DNA from: a virus
IMG/VR virus record: IMGVR_UViG_3300037258_000161
Coordinates: 44,412-108,411 of that record
DNA length: 64,000 bases
Direction: 5' to 3' (one strand)
The position numbers and the translations under genes are program-made. The notes under the pieces were generated by a model. That model searched no databases, had not been told where the DNA came from, and was given only the letters and a program-made list of their open reading frames with translations. Below, in pieces: positions 18,296 to 27,551 of this stretch (positions are counted from its first letter, which is position 1; the number at the start of each line of letters is the position of its first letter).

Positions 18296-19015
18296 GTGAG
18301 CAATCTACCCTTGGGCGAGATCCCCGCTGATGCGCTGATGAGGGAACTCGGTGCCCGTGACTTCGACCCGCGCGGCTTCTTCGTCTACATCCTGTGGGAT
18401 GCCGAGGATGAGGCCGTCTACGTGGGCCAGTCGGCCAACATCCTGTCGCGGCTCGGCAACCACATGCAGGACGCGGAGAAGCGCGGCCAGACGGTGCGCG
18501 CGTCGTTTATCCGCTGCGAGACGCGGCGCGAGATGGACGCCACTGAGGCATGGCTGATCAGCAAACTAGACCCGAAGCTCAACATCGCCCTCACGGACAA
18601 GCCGCGCAGCGTGCGCCGTAAGGCGATTGCGGTCTGGCCGACCGACGCGCAGATGGCGTCAGAGGACGCTGCTGCCGATGCCCGCTGGATACCTGCCGCC
18701 GGGCGGCTGGTATCACGGGCCGCCCTTGACCAGCTGGTCGCCGACATCGTGACCGTGTGGAAGCCGACGGTGAGATTGCGCAGCGTTGCGTGGCTCACGG
18801 ACGCCCTGCTCGCGATCCCCGGTGGCCAGTACGCGGCCATGTGGGACTCAAACCGGGTGTTCGCGATGCACAACCTGGAGTGGATGCTGGAGTACAGGCT
18901 GGGCATTGAGCCGCACCCTGGCATCGACGGCGCCTGTGGTGTGCGCACAGTTGGCTGGCGGCGCGACCAGTTCCCTGCCGACCTGCCAGCCTCCGCTTTG
19001 GTGACAACCCACTGA
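18296..19015 (+). CDS. GIY-YIG nuclease-domain protein
   Basis: FVYILWD...VYVGQSANILSRLGNH...EAWLISKLDPKLN. Confidence 0.7.
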   Translation: MSNLPLGEIPADALMRELGARDFDPRGFFVYILWDAEDEAVYVGQSANILSRLGNHMQDAEKRGQTVRASFIRCETRREMDATEAWLISKLDPKLNIALTDKPRSVRRKAIAVWPTDAQMASEDAAADARWIPAAGRLVSRAALDQLVADIVTVWKPTVRLRSVAWLTDALLAIPGGQYAAMWDSNRVFAMHNLEWMLEYRLGIEPHPGIDGACGVRTVGWRRDQFPADLPASALVTTH

Positions 19016-19076
19016 CCTGCGGCGAGTCACGATCGCTCACCGGCCGGCAAGCGCGGCGCGCGGGCAAAGCCTCCGG

Positions 19077-19328
19077 TTAGCGGGACGGCCACGAGGGCAC
19101 ACGGGACGGCTTAGCCGCTGCACCGTTGCCCGTGCCTATCCCCCGTGCATCCAGCTCCGCAGCGACAGCCTCACGGACGAGCAAGCGCATCTGCTCGTCC
19201 GGGTCGGGCAGCAGGCGCCGCGCCTCGAGCGCCTCACGCAGCAGCACCGGGATAGACGCGCCGGACTGCTTCCACGCCGCCCAGAGGTCGTCGGGTAGCT
19301 CGCTGCTGGTTTTCCTGCCTGCACCCAT
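19077..19328 (-). CDS. Small ribbon-helix-helix-like protein
   Basis: RKTSSELPDDLW...LLREAL. Confidence 0.45.
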   Translation of the reverse strand: MGAGRKTSSELPDDLWAAWKQSGASIPVLLREALEARRLLPDPDEQMRLLVREAVAAELDARGIGTGNGAAAKPSRVPSWPSR

Positions 19329-20333
19329 GCGGGACAGGCTACCTGACGGGGCGCCGGAAACAAGTTCCGCGACTTGCCACGTTGCGGTTGACCTGCGGAT
19401 TCGGTAGCGGGTACTGTAGTCCCATGATCGCAAGGATGGTGGTCCGGAGGGCGGTGCGGCAGTCGCGCCGCAACTCCCGCGCGCGGCGCCCGAGGCCGGC
19501 GGTGCGCGTGATCGTCATCCCCGCGGCGCGGCGGGTGCAGGCGGTGCGCAGTGAGCGCACGGCGCGGCCGGCATGGGCGGACGTGAGCGCGTGGCGGGCG
19601 TGAGCGCGGCGCAGGCGGCCGTGCGAAGCAGGCGGATCGGCCCATGCCAGACATGACCGAGATGACGGGCACGGGTCCGCGCGCGCGCGGATAGCCCTGA
19701 GTCGGCCTGAGTCCGGTTATGATCCCTGGATGAGCGAATCGGCCACGCAGCACGCACGCGCTGTCGTGCCACCGCTAGGTCACTTCCTGTGGATCCAGAA
19801 CCTCGCCGATGGCGGGCAATGGGTAACACAGACCGAGCAGGATGGCGCTGCGTTCTTCATCAGGATCGACGGGCACCAGGTCGTATGCTATGGCCCGTTC
19901 CGGCGGCACGCTGAGTTCGGGTGCGCCCTGTCGCCTGTGATCAGGATGGACGCGCTGCCAGCCGATGAGCACCCGCCAGGGCTAGGTGCTGACACCGAAG
20001 TGCTCAGTCCCGGGCCGCTGGATCCGCCAGCTTGTTAAGCGCGGTCAGACGGCTCCTGAGCGCACAGCGCTCCCTATAGGGAGACCGATTTTGAGATTTC
20101 CCGGGAAACCATTTCCGGCGAGCCGCTGAAAAATAAGGGATGGTCACCATGCCACCCTCCGCGAGGTCTTCCCGGGAAAATCCCGGCCGCGCAATGCTGT
20201 GGGCGGCTCCGGAATAAGGGAGGTGGGTACCTCCTCCCGCAGGGTCAGTCAGTACCGCCAGCACAGCAGGCACAGCGGTCGTCCGAGCAGTCTTCGCACC
20301 TGCCAGATCTGCATGCCTTGCAGACGTACGCCA

Positions 20334-21062
20334 TCAGCTGTCCTTCTCGAGTGCGAGACCGGCCGCGATCTCGTCGCCGAGCACCCGCATCCTGGCGTCC
20401 AGGTCCGGGCTGCCCTCGTTGAGCGCCGCAAGGAACTCCCGCGCCGCCGGGCTGACCCGCTGCCGTGGCTTCGCCCGGGTGGCACCGAGCGCGGCCCGCA
20501 TCCTGCCCGCCGAGGTGAACCTGGCGAAGCACTGGCCAGCGGCTCCCTGGTGGACTGCCCACGACTCCCACGGCTTCGGGACCGCCGCCTGCCCGGGCGC
20601 ACTATCAGGCGCGAAGATCCACAGCGGATACGGGCCCAGGCCCGCACAGTTCCCCGCTGCGGCGAAAGCAGGTGACGTGCACACCACGGGAACGCGGCCG
20701 AGGACGGCTTCCAGGGATCTGGCGGTCATCCGCGCCCACACGCTCACCTGCGCCGGATTGCGGCTGTCAGTGGTGTCGAGGCTGACCGCGATGCCGTCGC
20801 CGTCGCCCAGGCCGAGATTCGTGACGGCTGAGGTGAAGAACTCCGCCGTTTCCTTCGGCGACGATGCGGGATGGCCGATCAGGCAGGCGATCCGGGCTTT
20901 CCCGTTCGCCGCGAGCCAGTCCCATTCTTCCGCCGCAGTGGAGCTGAGCCACCGGGAGCCGTCAGCCCTGACCTCGGTCACGGTCACGCCAGCCCAGGTG
21001 ATGTCCGCGTCCTGCCACGGCTGGGGGGCGCCCCAGCAGGAGATGTCAGCGCCGGAGAGCAT
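20334..21062 (-). CDS. Degenerate GH25 muramidase-like protein
   Basis: GADIS.W...TE...AEFF...GRVPVV...YPLWI...PKPW..W..HQ; DxE motif replaced by SLDT. Confidence 0.6.
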   Translation of the reverse strand: MLSGADISCWGAPQPWQDADITWAGVTVTEVRADGSRWLSSTAAEEWDWLAANGKARIACLIGHPASSPKETAEFFTSAVTNLGLGDGDGIAVSLDTTDSRNPAQVSVWARMTARSLEAVLGRVPVVCTSPAFAAAGNCAGLGPYPLWIFAPDSAPGQAAVPKPWESWAVHQGAAGQCFARFTSAGRMRAALGATRAKPRQRVSPAAREFLAALNEGSPDLDARMRVLGDEIAAGLALEKDS

Positions 21063-21064
21063 GG

Positions 21065-21301
21065 TCAGGTGCGCTCTGGCCAGTGCCAGGTGCCACCCTT
21101 GCGCTCCTGCGGCAGGTCGTCATCGTCGAAGATGACTCCCCGGTTCAGGAAGAGGCCGGTCGGGTTGAGTACGCACAGCCCTACGGCGTGCGCTTCCTCG
21201 ACCTCGGTGACGATGGCAGCGCGGCACTCCTTGCCGTACTCGCCGCCCGGCGTGCCGTAGCTGGTGTAGTGGACGATGCTGCCGATTGCGGGACTGCTCA
21301 C
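21065..21301 (-). CDS. Conserved actinophage small protein
   Basis: IVHY.SYGTPGGEY...CRAAIVTEV...VGLCVLNPTG...GTWHWP. Confidence 0.6.
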   Translation of the reverse strand: MSSPAIGSIVHYTSYGTPGGEYGKECRAAIVTEVEEAHAVGLCVLNPTGLFLNRGVIFDDDDLPQERKGGTWHWPERT

Positions 21302-21542
21302 GTGGCCGGCTTCTCGTCCGCCTTGCGGGCGGTGGCCGTGCCGACAGGCTTGTCCTCGCCCGTGACCCGGATACCCTCGCCGGCCCCCACGGCTGGCCGG
21401 TCAGGCCGCGGTGGCGCGGACCTGGCACCCTCCGCGACGGGGATCTGCGCCGAAGCCGGTGCTCCCTCGGGCAGTGCGGCGACCGGCTCGGCCTTGTGTG
21501 CCTGCTTGTGCCGCAGGACGGCGAAGTTCGGCCAGCGCTGGC

Positions 21543-21890
21543 TCATAAGTTCCCCTTCGGAATCAGCCCCGGATGGGACTCGGCCGGGCGGAATCTTGCT
21601 GCCGCGATCTTGCGGCGGAGCGCACCAGCGGCGCGGCCAGCTTCAACGCCAGTCTTGTGATTGTGATGAAACGGGCAAAGTGCCTGGAGGTTGGACAGAT
21701 CGTCAGGGCCGTCCGGATCTATGTGATCCGCCTGGTTGGCCCGCTGGCCGCAGATGCCGCCGGGCATGCGCCACCGGCAGGCGAAGCCGTCGCGGACCAG
21801 GCACTGGGTCCGGAGCCCATGCACCCCCTCCCAATTGGGCGGAAGGGGGCGCCGGCGCCGGCTACCCGGATGGCCGGGCCCGGCGCTCAC
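21543..21890 (-). CDS. HNH endonuclease (packaging-associated type)
   Basis: LPPNW...RDGFAC...ADHI...DDLSNLQALCPFHHNHKT. Confidence 0.85.
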   Translation of the reverse strand: MSAGPGHPGSRRRRPLPPNWEGVHGLRTQCLVRDGFACRWRMPGGICGQRANQADHIDPDGPDDLSNLQALCPFHHNHKTGVEAGRAAGALRRKIAAARFRPAESHPGLIPKGNL

Positions 21891-21893
21891 GGC

Positions 21894-22259
21894 TTACCCG
21901 CCGATGATCAGCAGTGTGATCGACGAGCTCGTCCCCTGGAGGCCCTGCAGGGTGTCACCCGTCTCCAGCTGGAGCCCGTTCAGCGCCGAGTACAGGTGCT
22001 CCGACGGCAGCAGGGCCGCGGTGGAGTTGGCGGCCACCGACACTGCGGCGGCGATGTTGACCGCATAGGCGTCGCTCGACGTGCCGCCCTTCCTCACCAG
22101 ATTCAGGGTGATCGTCGCCGCGGCACCCGTGCCGTTGATGGCGTAGATGCCCTTCACGACGGCCGGGGCGGACGCGGTGTAGAGCGTGGCGTTGCTGGTG
22201 GAGGGGGTCGTGTCGTAAAGCGTCGGGTAGGTCACGGGTGACTGGACACCGGAAGCCAT
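21894..22259 (-). CDS. Beta-sandwich protein, paralog of 6625..6978
   Basis: Shared TL.T...N.....L..V..GG...SVAA.S...GD.L.GLQGT...ITL...G pattern. Confidence 0.55.
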   Translation of the reverse strand: MASGVQSPVTYPTLYDTTPSTSNATLYTASAPAVVKGIYAINGTGAAATITLNLVRKGGTSSDAYAVNIAAAVSVAANSTAALLPSEHLYSALNGLQLETGDTLQGLQGTSSSITLLIIGG

Positions 22260-22392
22260 GGTCGTTTCTCCTCAGGTCGGAGGGCGTCGGGAATGCCGCG
22301 CCGAGGAGGAGCGGCCAGGGGATTGCTGCGGAAATGCTGCACCGCCCTGCCGCGGTCCTGGAGCAGGAGGTCCGTGGCAGGGCGGGGATGAT

Positions 22393-22746
22393 TCAGGAAG
22401 CCGGGGGCGCCGGGGGGGCCGCGGCGGTGGCGACACCGGCCACGCCGTTCGCGGCGGTCTGCGCGTCGCCGAGCGCGGCCTCCAGGCCGGTGAAGTCCAG
22501 TTCCGCCGGCGGGGTGCCGTTCGCGATGGCCTGCTGCAGCGCGGCAACCTCGGCCGAGGCGGTCTGCACGCTGTCATTGATGGCGGACACGACGGTAGTG
22601 AGCTGCTGGGTGTCGGCGTCGAGCTCGGCCTGCTGATCGGACAAGATGTTCTCCTTTGCGAGGATCTGGTCAACTTTGCTGTGCAGGTCATCGTGACGGC
22701 CCGCGAGCAGGCGCAACTCGGCGATCACGGTTTCCCAGATCGTCAC
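22393..22746 (-). CDS. Small coiled-coil protein
   Basis: Heptad-rich 117 aa ORF in the operon. Confidence 0.5.
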   Translation of the reverse strand: MTIWETVIAELRLLAGRHDDLHSKVDQILAKENILSDQQAELDADTQQLTTVVSAINDSVQTASAEVAALQQAIANGTPPAELDFTGLEAALGDAQTAANGVAGVATAAAPPAPPAS

Positions 22747-22758
22747 GTGCGCCTCCCG

Positions 22759-23082
22759 TCAATCGCCTGCATTGAAGGCCAGTTCGGCCGTGAGGGTGCC
22801 GCCGGACAGTGCGGTCAGATTGGCCCGCACGTACCGGGCCAGGACCCCGGTGACCGTCGTGCCATTGGTCACCGCCACGACCGCGGACCCGAGGGTGAAC
22901 CAGTTGCTCCCGTCGACCGAGCCCTGGAAGGTCACCGAGAACGTGGGCGAGCCCGTGGTCTGCACGAGCACGCTGAACTCATCCCGGATGTCACCCAGGT
23001 CCGCGCCCGTGCCCGCGCCAGTCCCGGTGACGGCGGCCAGCAGCGTGACGAGATGCCCCTCGCCTGCCTCAGCGCTCGGCAT
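22759..23082 (-). CDS. Beta-sandwich (discoidin-like) putative virion protein
   Basis: QGSVDGSNWF...ARYVRA. Confidence 0.5.
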   Translation of the reverse strand: MPSAEAGEGHLVTLLAAVTGTGAGTGADLGDIRDEFSVLVQTTGSPTFSVTFQGSVDGSNWFTLGSAVVAVTNGTTVTGVLARYVRANLTALSGGTLTAELAFNAGD

Positions 23083-23084
23083 CT

Positions 23085-23411
23085 CTACGGCTCGAAGGCC
23101 GTGACCTCGACCAGCGCCGAGTTCGCCTGGTAGGTCAGCTGGGAGCCGAAGGTCCGGGTGTCGAACTCCGACAGCCATTCCTTCGCGCTGGCCCCGAGGG
23201 TGATCACCAGGTCGGCCAGCGCCAGGCCGTCCTCGGTGGGGATGGTCGTGAACGTGACCGTGTGCGAGGACGAGTCGGTGTTCTGCAGCCGGAAGATCGT
23301 CGCCCCGCTGTTGGGCGTGATGTTCCCGTTCGTGGCGTCACAGAACGTCGGGCTGGGGTCAGCCGTCGGCGTGCGCGACAGCTGGACCGACGCGATGGCG
23401 GTAGCGGCCAT
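23085..23411 (-). CDS. Putative virion/decoration protein
   Basis: DATNGN..PNSG...N.....HTVT; GGAGG RBS. Confidence 0.5.
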   Translation of the reverse strand: MAATAIASVQLSRTPTADPSPTFCDATNGNITPNSGATIFRLQNTDSSSHTVTFTTIPTEDGLALADLVITLGASAKEWLSEFDTRTFGSQLTYQANSALVEVTAFEP

Positions 23412-23483
23412 GGGGCGTTACTCCTCCGTGAGATGAGAACTGGAGACGCCCCGCAGCGGGGGCAGAGTCAGGGGTCAGGCGGA

Positions 23484-23783
23484 TCACGCCGCGTGACGGC
23501 GCTTGATCTGCACGTCAGTTCCCGAGGCCTTGATGGCCGCTTCCCATGCCCTGTGCTCGGCGGCGATCACGTCTTCCCAGGCATACAGCGGCTTGCGCGG
23601 CGGGCATCCGTCCAGCGGCGTGAGGTATCCGCGGCTGCGCCACCAGGTGATGGTGCACGGCGCGACCCGCATTGCGGCGGCGGCCTGCTTGGTGCTGACG
23701 TAGATCCGGTCATCGGGGGCAGGCTCGGGCAACTCGAAGTCCTGGAACGCCGGCAGCGAGATCGCCTCCCCCGGGAACGGCAA
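23484..23783 (-). CDS. HTH DNA-binding protein (late-regulator-like)
   Basis: STKQAAAAMRVAPCTITWWRSRGYL...LY. Confidence 0.65.
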   Translation of the reverse strand: MPFPGEAISLPAFQDFELPEPAPDDRIYVSTKQAAAAMRVAPCTITWWRSRGYLTPLDGCPPRKPLYAWEDVIAAEHRAWEAAIKASGTDVQIKRRHAA

Positions 23784-24239
23784 AGCCCCCGACCGGAGGA
23801 CTCCCGGATCGAGGGCATGACGAAACTGCTCAGGCGCAGTTTAGGGGCTCCACCGACCGGTTGTCACGCAGGGTCGTGATCTTTCCCCCGGCCTCGCTAC
23901 GCTGGGACGATGCCGCGCAGGAGAGTTACGCTCCGCCAGTTCACCGTCTACGGCGACCACGGCGGCGGCGTGACAGTGGAGCACGTATACCGCAGGTGCG
24001 ATTGGACCAGCAACATTCAAGGCGAGACGCCCGGCGAGATCATGCAGATAGCCCGCGTTCACGCACGGGAATGCAGGGGGGAGCCGCAGCCTCGGCTTCC
24101 CGCGGGGACAGTGGCTTCCGGCCTCATTCCAGGGGTGTTCCTCGTTGACCTGGGTAACGGGCTCATGGATACCTGGAAGGTCACGCCACCAGGCCGGGAT
24201 GGCCTCTGGCACGCCGAGCGCCCAGCCGGCTGACCCCGT

Positions 24240-24950
24240 TCAGGTACTCGCGCCGGCGGTCTTGCCCGCTATCGCGGCACCCGTCGCCGACTCGGCCTCG
24301 GCGGCCAGATCCTCATACTCGCGGACACTCATCAGCCGCCCGCACTCGCGGCACTTCACCACGTCCGACCCGCGCTCCTGGGACAGGCCCATCTTGCTGC
24401 ACCGCGGGCACGGCACCGGCTTGGACACCAGCGCCGGGCCCGCCTTGGCCAGCTTCGCCAGCCGCGAGTGCCACGAGCGGACCGCGTCGTACAACTGCGC
24501 GGCGTAGTCCTCGTCGATCATGTAGAGGTTCAGGTTCGCGATCAGCCACGACGTGGACTCCGTCACCGGCCGCGCCAGGTAGCCGAGCCTCGCCGCTACC
24601 GGGCGCTTGACCGCTACCCACTGGCGCAGTGCGTCCTCAAGCTCGCCGAGGAGATCCGAGACCGGCGACGGGGAACCTCTCCCGGTGCCGTTCCTGTGCG
24701 CCCTGATGGCCGCGTCCGATCCCGTGGAACCGCGGAAGCCGTCAGCCTCGGCAGTCAGCATCGCGGAGAGCGTGTCCAGCCCGGACAGCTCGTTGCGCAG
24801 GACCGAGACGCACTTGGGGCAGAGGACCGGGTCGCCCTCCCGGCCGATGCCCTTCCCGTTCTTGCGGTACAGGGCATTGCAGGCACCTGGGCAGAGTCTT
24901 GGCCGGTCCCGCTCATCGGGCTCTGTGTCCGGAACTGTTATCTCGCTCAC
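24240..24950 (-). CDS. Zinc-binding actinophage protein (putative late regulator)
   Basis: CPGACN...LCPKC and C-terminal CPRC...CREC. Confidence 0.55.
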   Translation of the reverse strand: MSEITVPDTEPDERDRPRLCPGACNALYRKNGKGIGREGDPVLCPKCVSVLRNELSGLDTLSAMLTAEADGFRGSTGSDAAIRAHRNGTGRGSPSPVSDLLGELEDALRQWVAVKRPVAARLGYLARPVTESTSWLIANLNLYMIDEDYAAQLYDAVRSWHSRLAKLAKAGPALVSKPVPCPRCSKMGLSQERGSDVVKCRECGRLMSVREYEDLAAEAESATGAAIAGKTAGAST

Positions 24951-25852
24951 GAGGAGCCGTCACGAGGGGTCACCGATGTAGGTGTACCGCACACGGACCG
25001 TGACGGGCAACCCCTGCGCCCTAGTGCGCCGCCTTCAGGGTCGTGCACGCGTTGTGGGCATCGGCCAGCAGCTTCTCCAGGTCCCCTGCCACCGCATGTT
25101 CACGGCGTGCCCTCAGGTGGCCTGGAGGCCATGGCGACCGCCTCCGCGGGCCCGAGCCCGAGTTCCTGCGCCCACCCGTCCAGGTGCAGCCAGTTCAGGT
25201 TGCCCGGCTCTACCGAGCTGGACGTGACGGCGATCTGCATGGCGCTGACGGCCTGCTCGCGGTCCAGCCTGCGCCCGGGGAGCCACGACACTGCCCAGGT
25301 GCCGTCTTCCTCGCGGGCTGTGTGCGGGGTGGCGTCGCTGAACATCAGGCTGGTGGTGATGTGCAGGCTCATGGGGTGGCTCCGCCGCTACGGGGCCGCT
25401 GCCAGCCGATGTCAGCGTGCTCCGGGTCGGGCTCCAGGTTGCCCAGCCAGGCGTAGCCGAATGCCTGGAGGATCCACTCCCGCTCCCAGGAGCCAGGACG
25501 GTAGACGGCCTGCTGGGCATGGTCGGCGAGTTCGTACAGGACGGTGCTGATCTTGTGTGCCTGGTCCCGGTACTCCGCGCCCGGCTCGGCCACGGCGGCG
25601 AGGCGCGCTGCTACCAGGGGAGTGAACGTCAGGGTGACAGTGACTTGCCCTGGCTCGGTCATGACGAAGCCTCCGCGATGACGAGGCCGGCCTGGATTGT
25701 GTCGTAGACATCCTGTGCGCGCTGCGGATCCACGGCAGCGAGGACGCGGAGGAAGTCGGCCACGGCTTCCATGTCCCGCGCCTGGAGTGCCCGGTGAACG
25801 CCCTCGGTGAGCTGGTCTGCGGTCCACGGAATGTCGGCCATGGTTCAGTCTC

Positions 25853-26215
25853 CTAGATCGCCTGGGCGGCCACGACTTCCGCGGCCCGCGCTACAGCTTC
25901 GGGATTCTCCTGCCGCCACTGCTCCCAGGACTCGTCAGTGAGCTTCCAGTTCAGCCATTCGGCCGTGTCGGGGGTGGCATCGAAGGGCGGTTCCCCGTCA
26001 ATGCAGCGCTCGCACTGCTGGCAGGGGTCACCGCCAGTCAGGTGCTCACCGCAGAAGTACAGGCCGCAGCCGTCCTCGCCGCCATACGGTTCGCCGCCGC
26101 ACACGTAGCCCAGTCCGCGGTCGACCGCCTCGCCGCAGGCAGGCTGATCGCAGATAGCGGGGACGCCGTAGCCAATGTCGCGGCTCCAGTTGGAGTCGAA
26201 CCCTACTGACCATCC
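25853..26215 (-). CDS. Conserved Cys-rich phage protein
   Basis: RDIGYGVPAICD.P.C...DRGL.YVCGG...GCGLYFC..H. Confidence 0.55.
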   Translation of the reverse strand, partial: GWSVGFDSNWSRDIGYGVPAICDQPACGEAVDRGLGYVCGGEPYGGEDGCGLYFCGEHLTGGDPCQQCERCIDGEPPFDATPDTAEWLNWKLTDESWEQWRQENPEAVARAAEVVAAQAI

Positions 26216-26254
26216 CATGACTTGCTCCATTCTCTTGGGTTGACCCTGGTGACA

Positions 26255-26938
26255 CTAAATCGCGTGGACGTGGAGGTACGGGACGGCTGCCCGGTAGGCC
26301 AGGAAGCCGAGGGCCAGCAGGAGAGCAGGTGCGACCACAAGGTTCTCCCGCCAGGTGCCGGTAACGAAGCTCAGCGGGCGGGGCAGGCCGAAATGGCGCA
26401 TGGTCACGGGCCACGCGAGCGGGCAGCCCTGCACCGTGATCATGTCCCCGGCGATGTGGGTTGCGCATCCCAGGGCGCAGGCGAGCGGGATGAGTGCCAG
26501 CGAGAAGCCTTCCCATCCGACAGCGAAAGCAGCACCGAGGGCGAGGAGGTCCGCGAAGTGGCCGCCGATCCGCAGCGCCCGCAGGCCGGCGGCGAAGGCG
26601 AGAGCCAGCAGGAGCGCGAGCGCCCAGTGCCCGGCCGTCGTGTGCCGGAAGGCGCAGCACAGCCACGTGAGGGCGGTGAACACGGCGACGCCGAGCACCG
26701 AGTGGCTGCCGTGGCGATGCCCCCCGCTGATCTTGCCGATCACCCAGGCGAAGGCCTCGGACAGGAAGCCGAGCGAGCGGGAGACCGTCGAGTGGCAGGT
26801 GTCGATGTCGGGCAGCGTGGCGAAGGCTGCGGTGAAGCCGGCGAGCGCCGCCGACTGGAGCGGCGGCAGGTGCAGGACGAACTCTCCTGCACCTGCGCCG
26901 GTCACCCCGCCGGACAAGGCGTGCGAATGTCCCAGCAC
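26255..26938 (-). CDS. Membrane metal-dependent hydrolase (YdjM-like)
   Basis: SHALSG...LPDID...HRHGSHS...THIAGD...G.PL.WP. Confidence 0.78.
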   Translation of the reverse strand: MLGHSHALSGGVTGAGAGEFVLHLPPLQSAALAGFTAAFATLPDIDTCHSTVSRSLGFLSEAFAWVIGKISGGHRHGSHSVLGVAVFTALTWLCCAFRHTTAGHWALALLLALAFAAGLRALRIGGHFADLLALGAAFAVGWEGFSLALIPLACALGCATHIAGDMITVQGCPLAWPVTMRHFGLPRPLSFVTGTWRENLVVAPALLLALGFLAYRAAVPYLHVHAI

Positions 26939-26939
26939 T

Positions 26940-27524
26940 TCATCCCCCTGGTTGGTAGAACTGGCGGTCAGCAGCCCGGACGGGTGCCGACTGGACGGCC
27001 TCGGCGATGCCCCCGTGACGCCGCCGCAGACCGTCACGCATCCGGCTGGCAATGTCGGCCGCAGTAGCCAGTTCCTCGCGCAGCCGTTCCCGTGCCCGCT
27101 CCAGCCTCTGACTGGCGGCCCGGAGGTCTTCCTCTGCCGCACCGACAGCGGAAGCTTTCGCCCCGTGGCACCCGTCGCATGGCTCGTTCTCCGGCATCCC
27201 CCGGGCGGCGTCCAGTTGCTCCTGCGCATCGGACACCTGGCGCTCGGCCGCCCTCACGTCCCGGGCGGCCTGGGCCACGTCCGCCTCGGCGGCGACCATG
27301 TCCATCGCGTCACCGATGGTCTGGGCGTCCACGTCCTGGGGCTGCATCTCCTCGGCCAGTTCCAGGAACTCCCGCTGGAGCGCTTCGGCTGACACCTCGT
27401 CACCGGCTGCGCGGACCTCGGCCGGGTCGGCCAGGTCAAGGGCCGAGGTGTAGGTGGCGTCGCCGTAGCTGCGCGCTCCCCGCTCGGCAGCGGAGAGGCG
27501 TGATGCGGCCTCGGCAGGCGTCAT
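26940..27524 (-). CDS. Helical protein with C-terminal HGGIxxAV..AP...FY motif
   Basis: Motif shared with 32792..33943. Confidence 0.55.
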   Translation of the reverse strand: MTPAEAASRLSAAERGARSYGDATYTSALDLADPAEVRAAGDEVSAEALQREFLELAEEMQPQDVDAQTIGDAMDMVAAEADVAQAARDVRAAERQVSDAQEQLDAARGMPENEPCDGCHGAKASAVGAAEEDLRAASQRLERARERLREELATAADIASRMRDGLRRRHGGIAEAVQSAPVRAADRQFYQPGG

Positions 27525-27551
27525 GGCGCGTGCCAGTCAGCCTCGGCGGGG

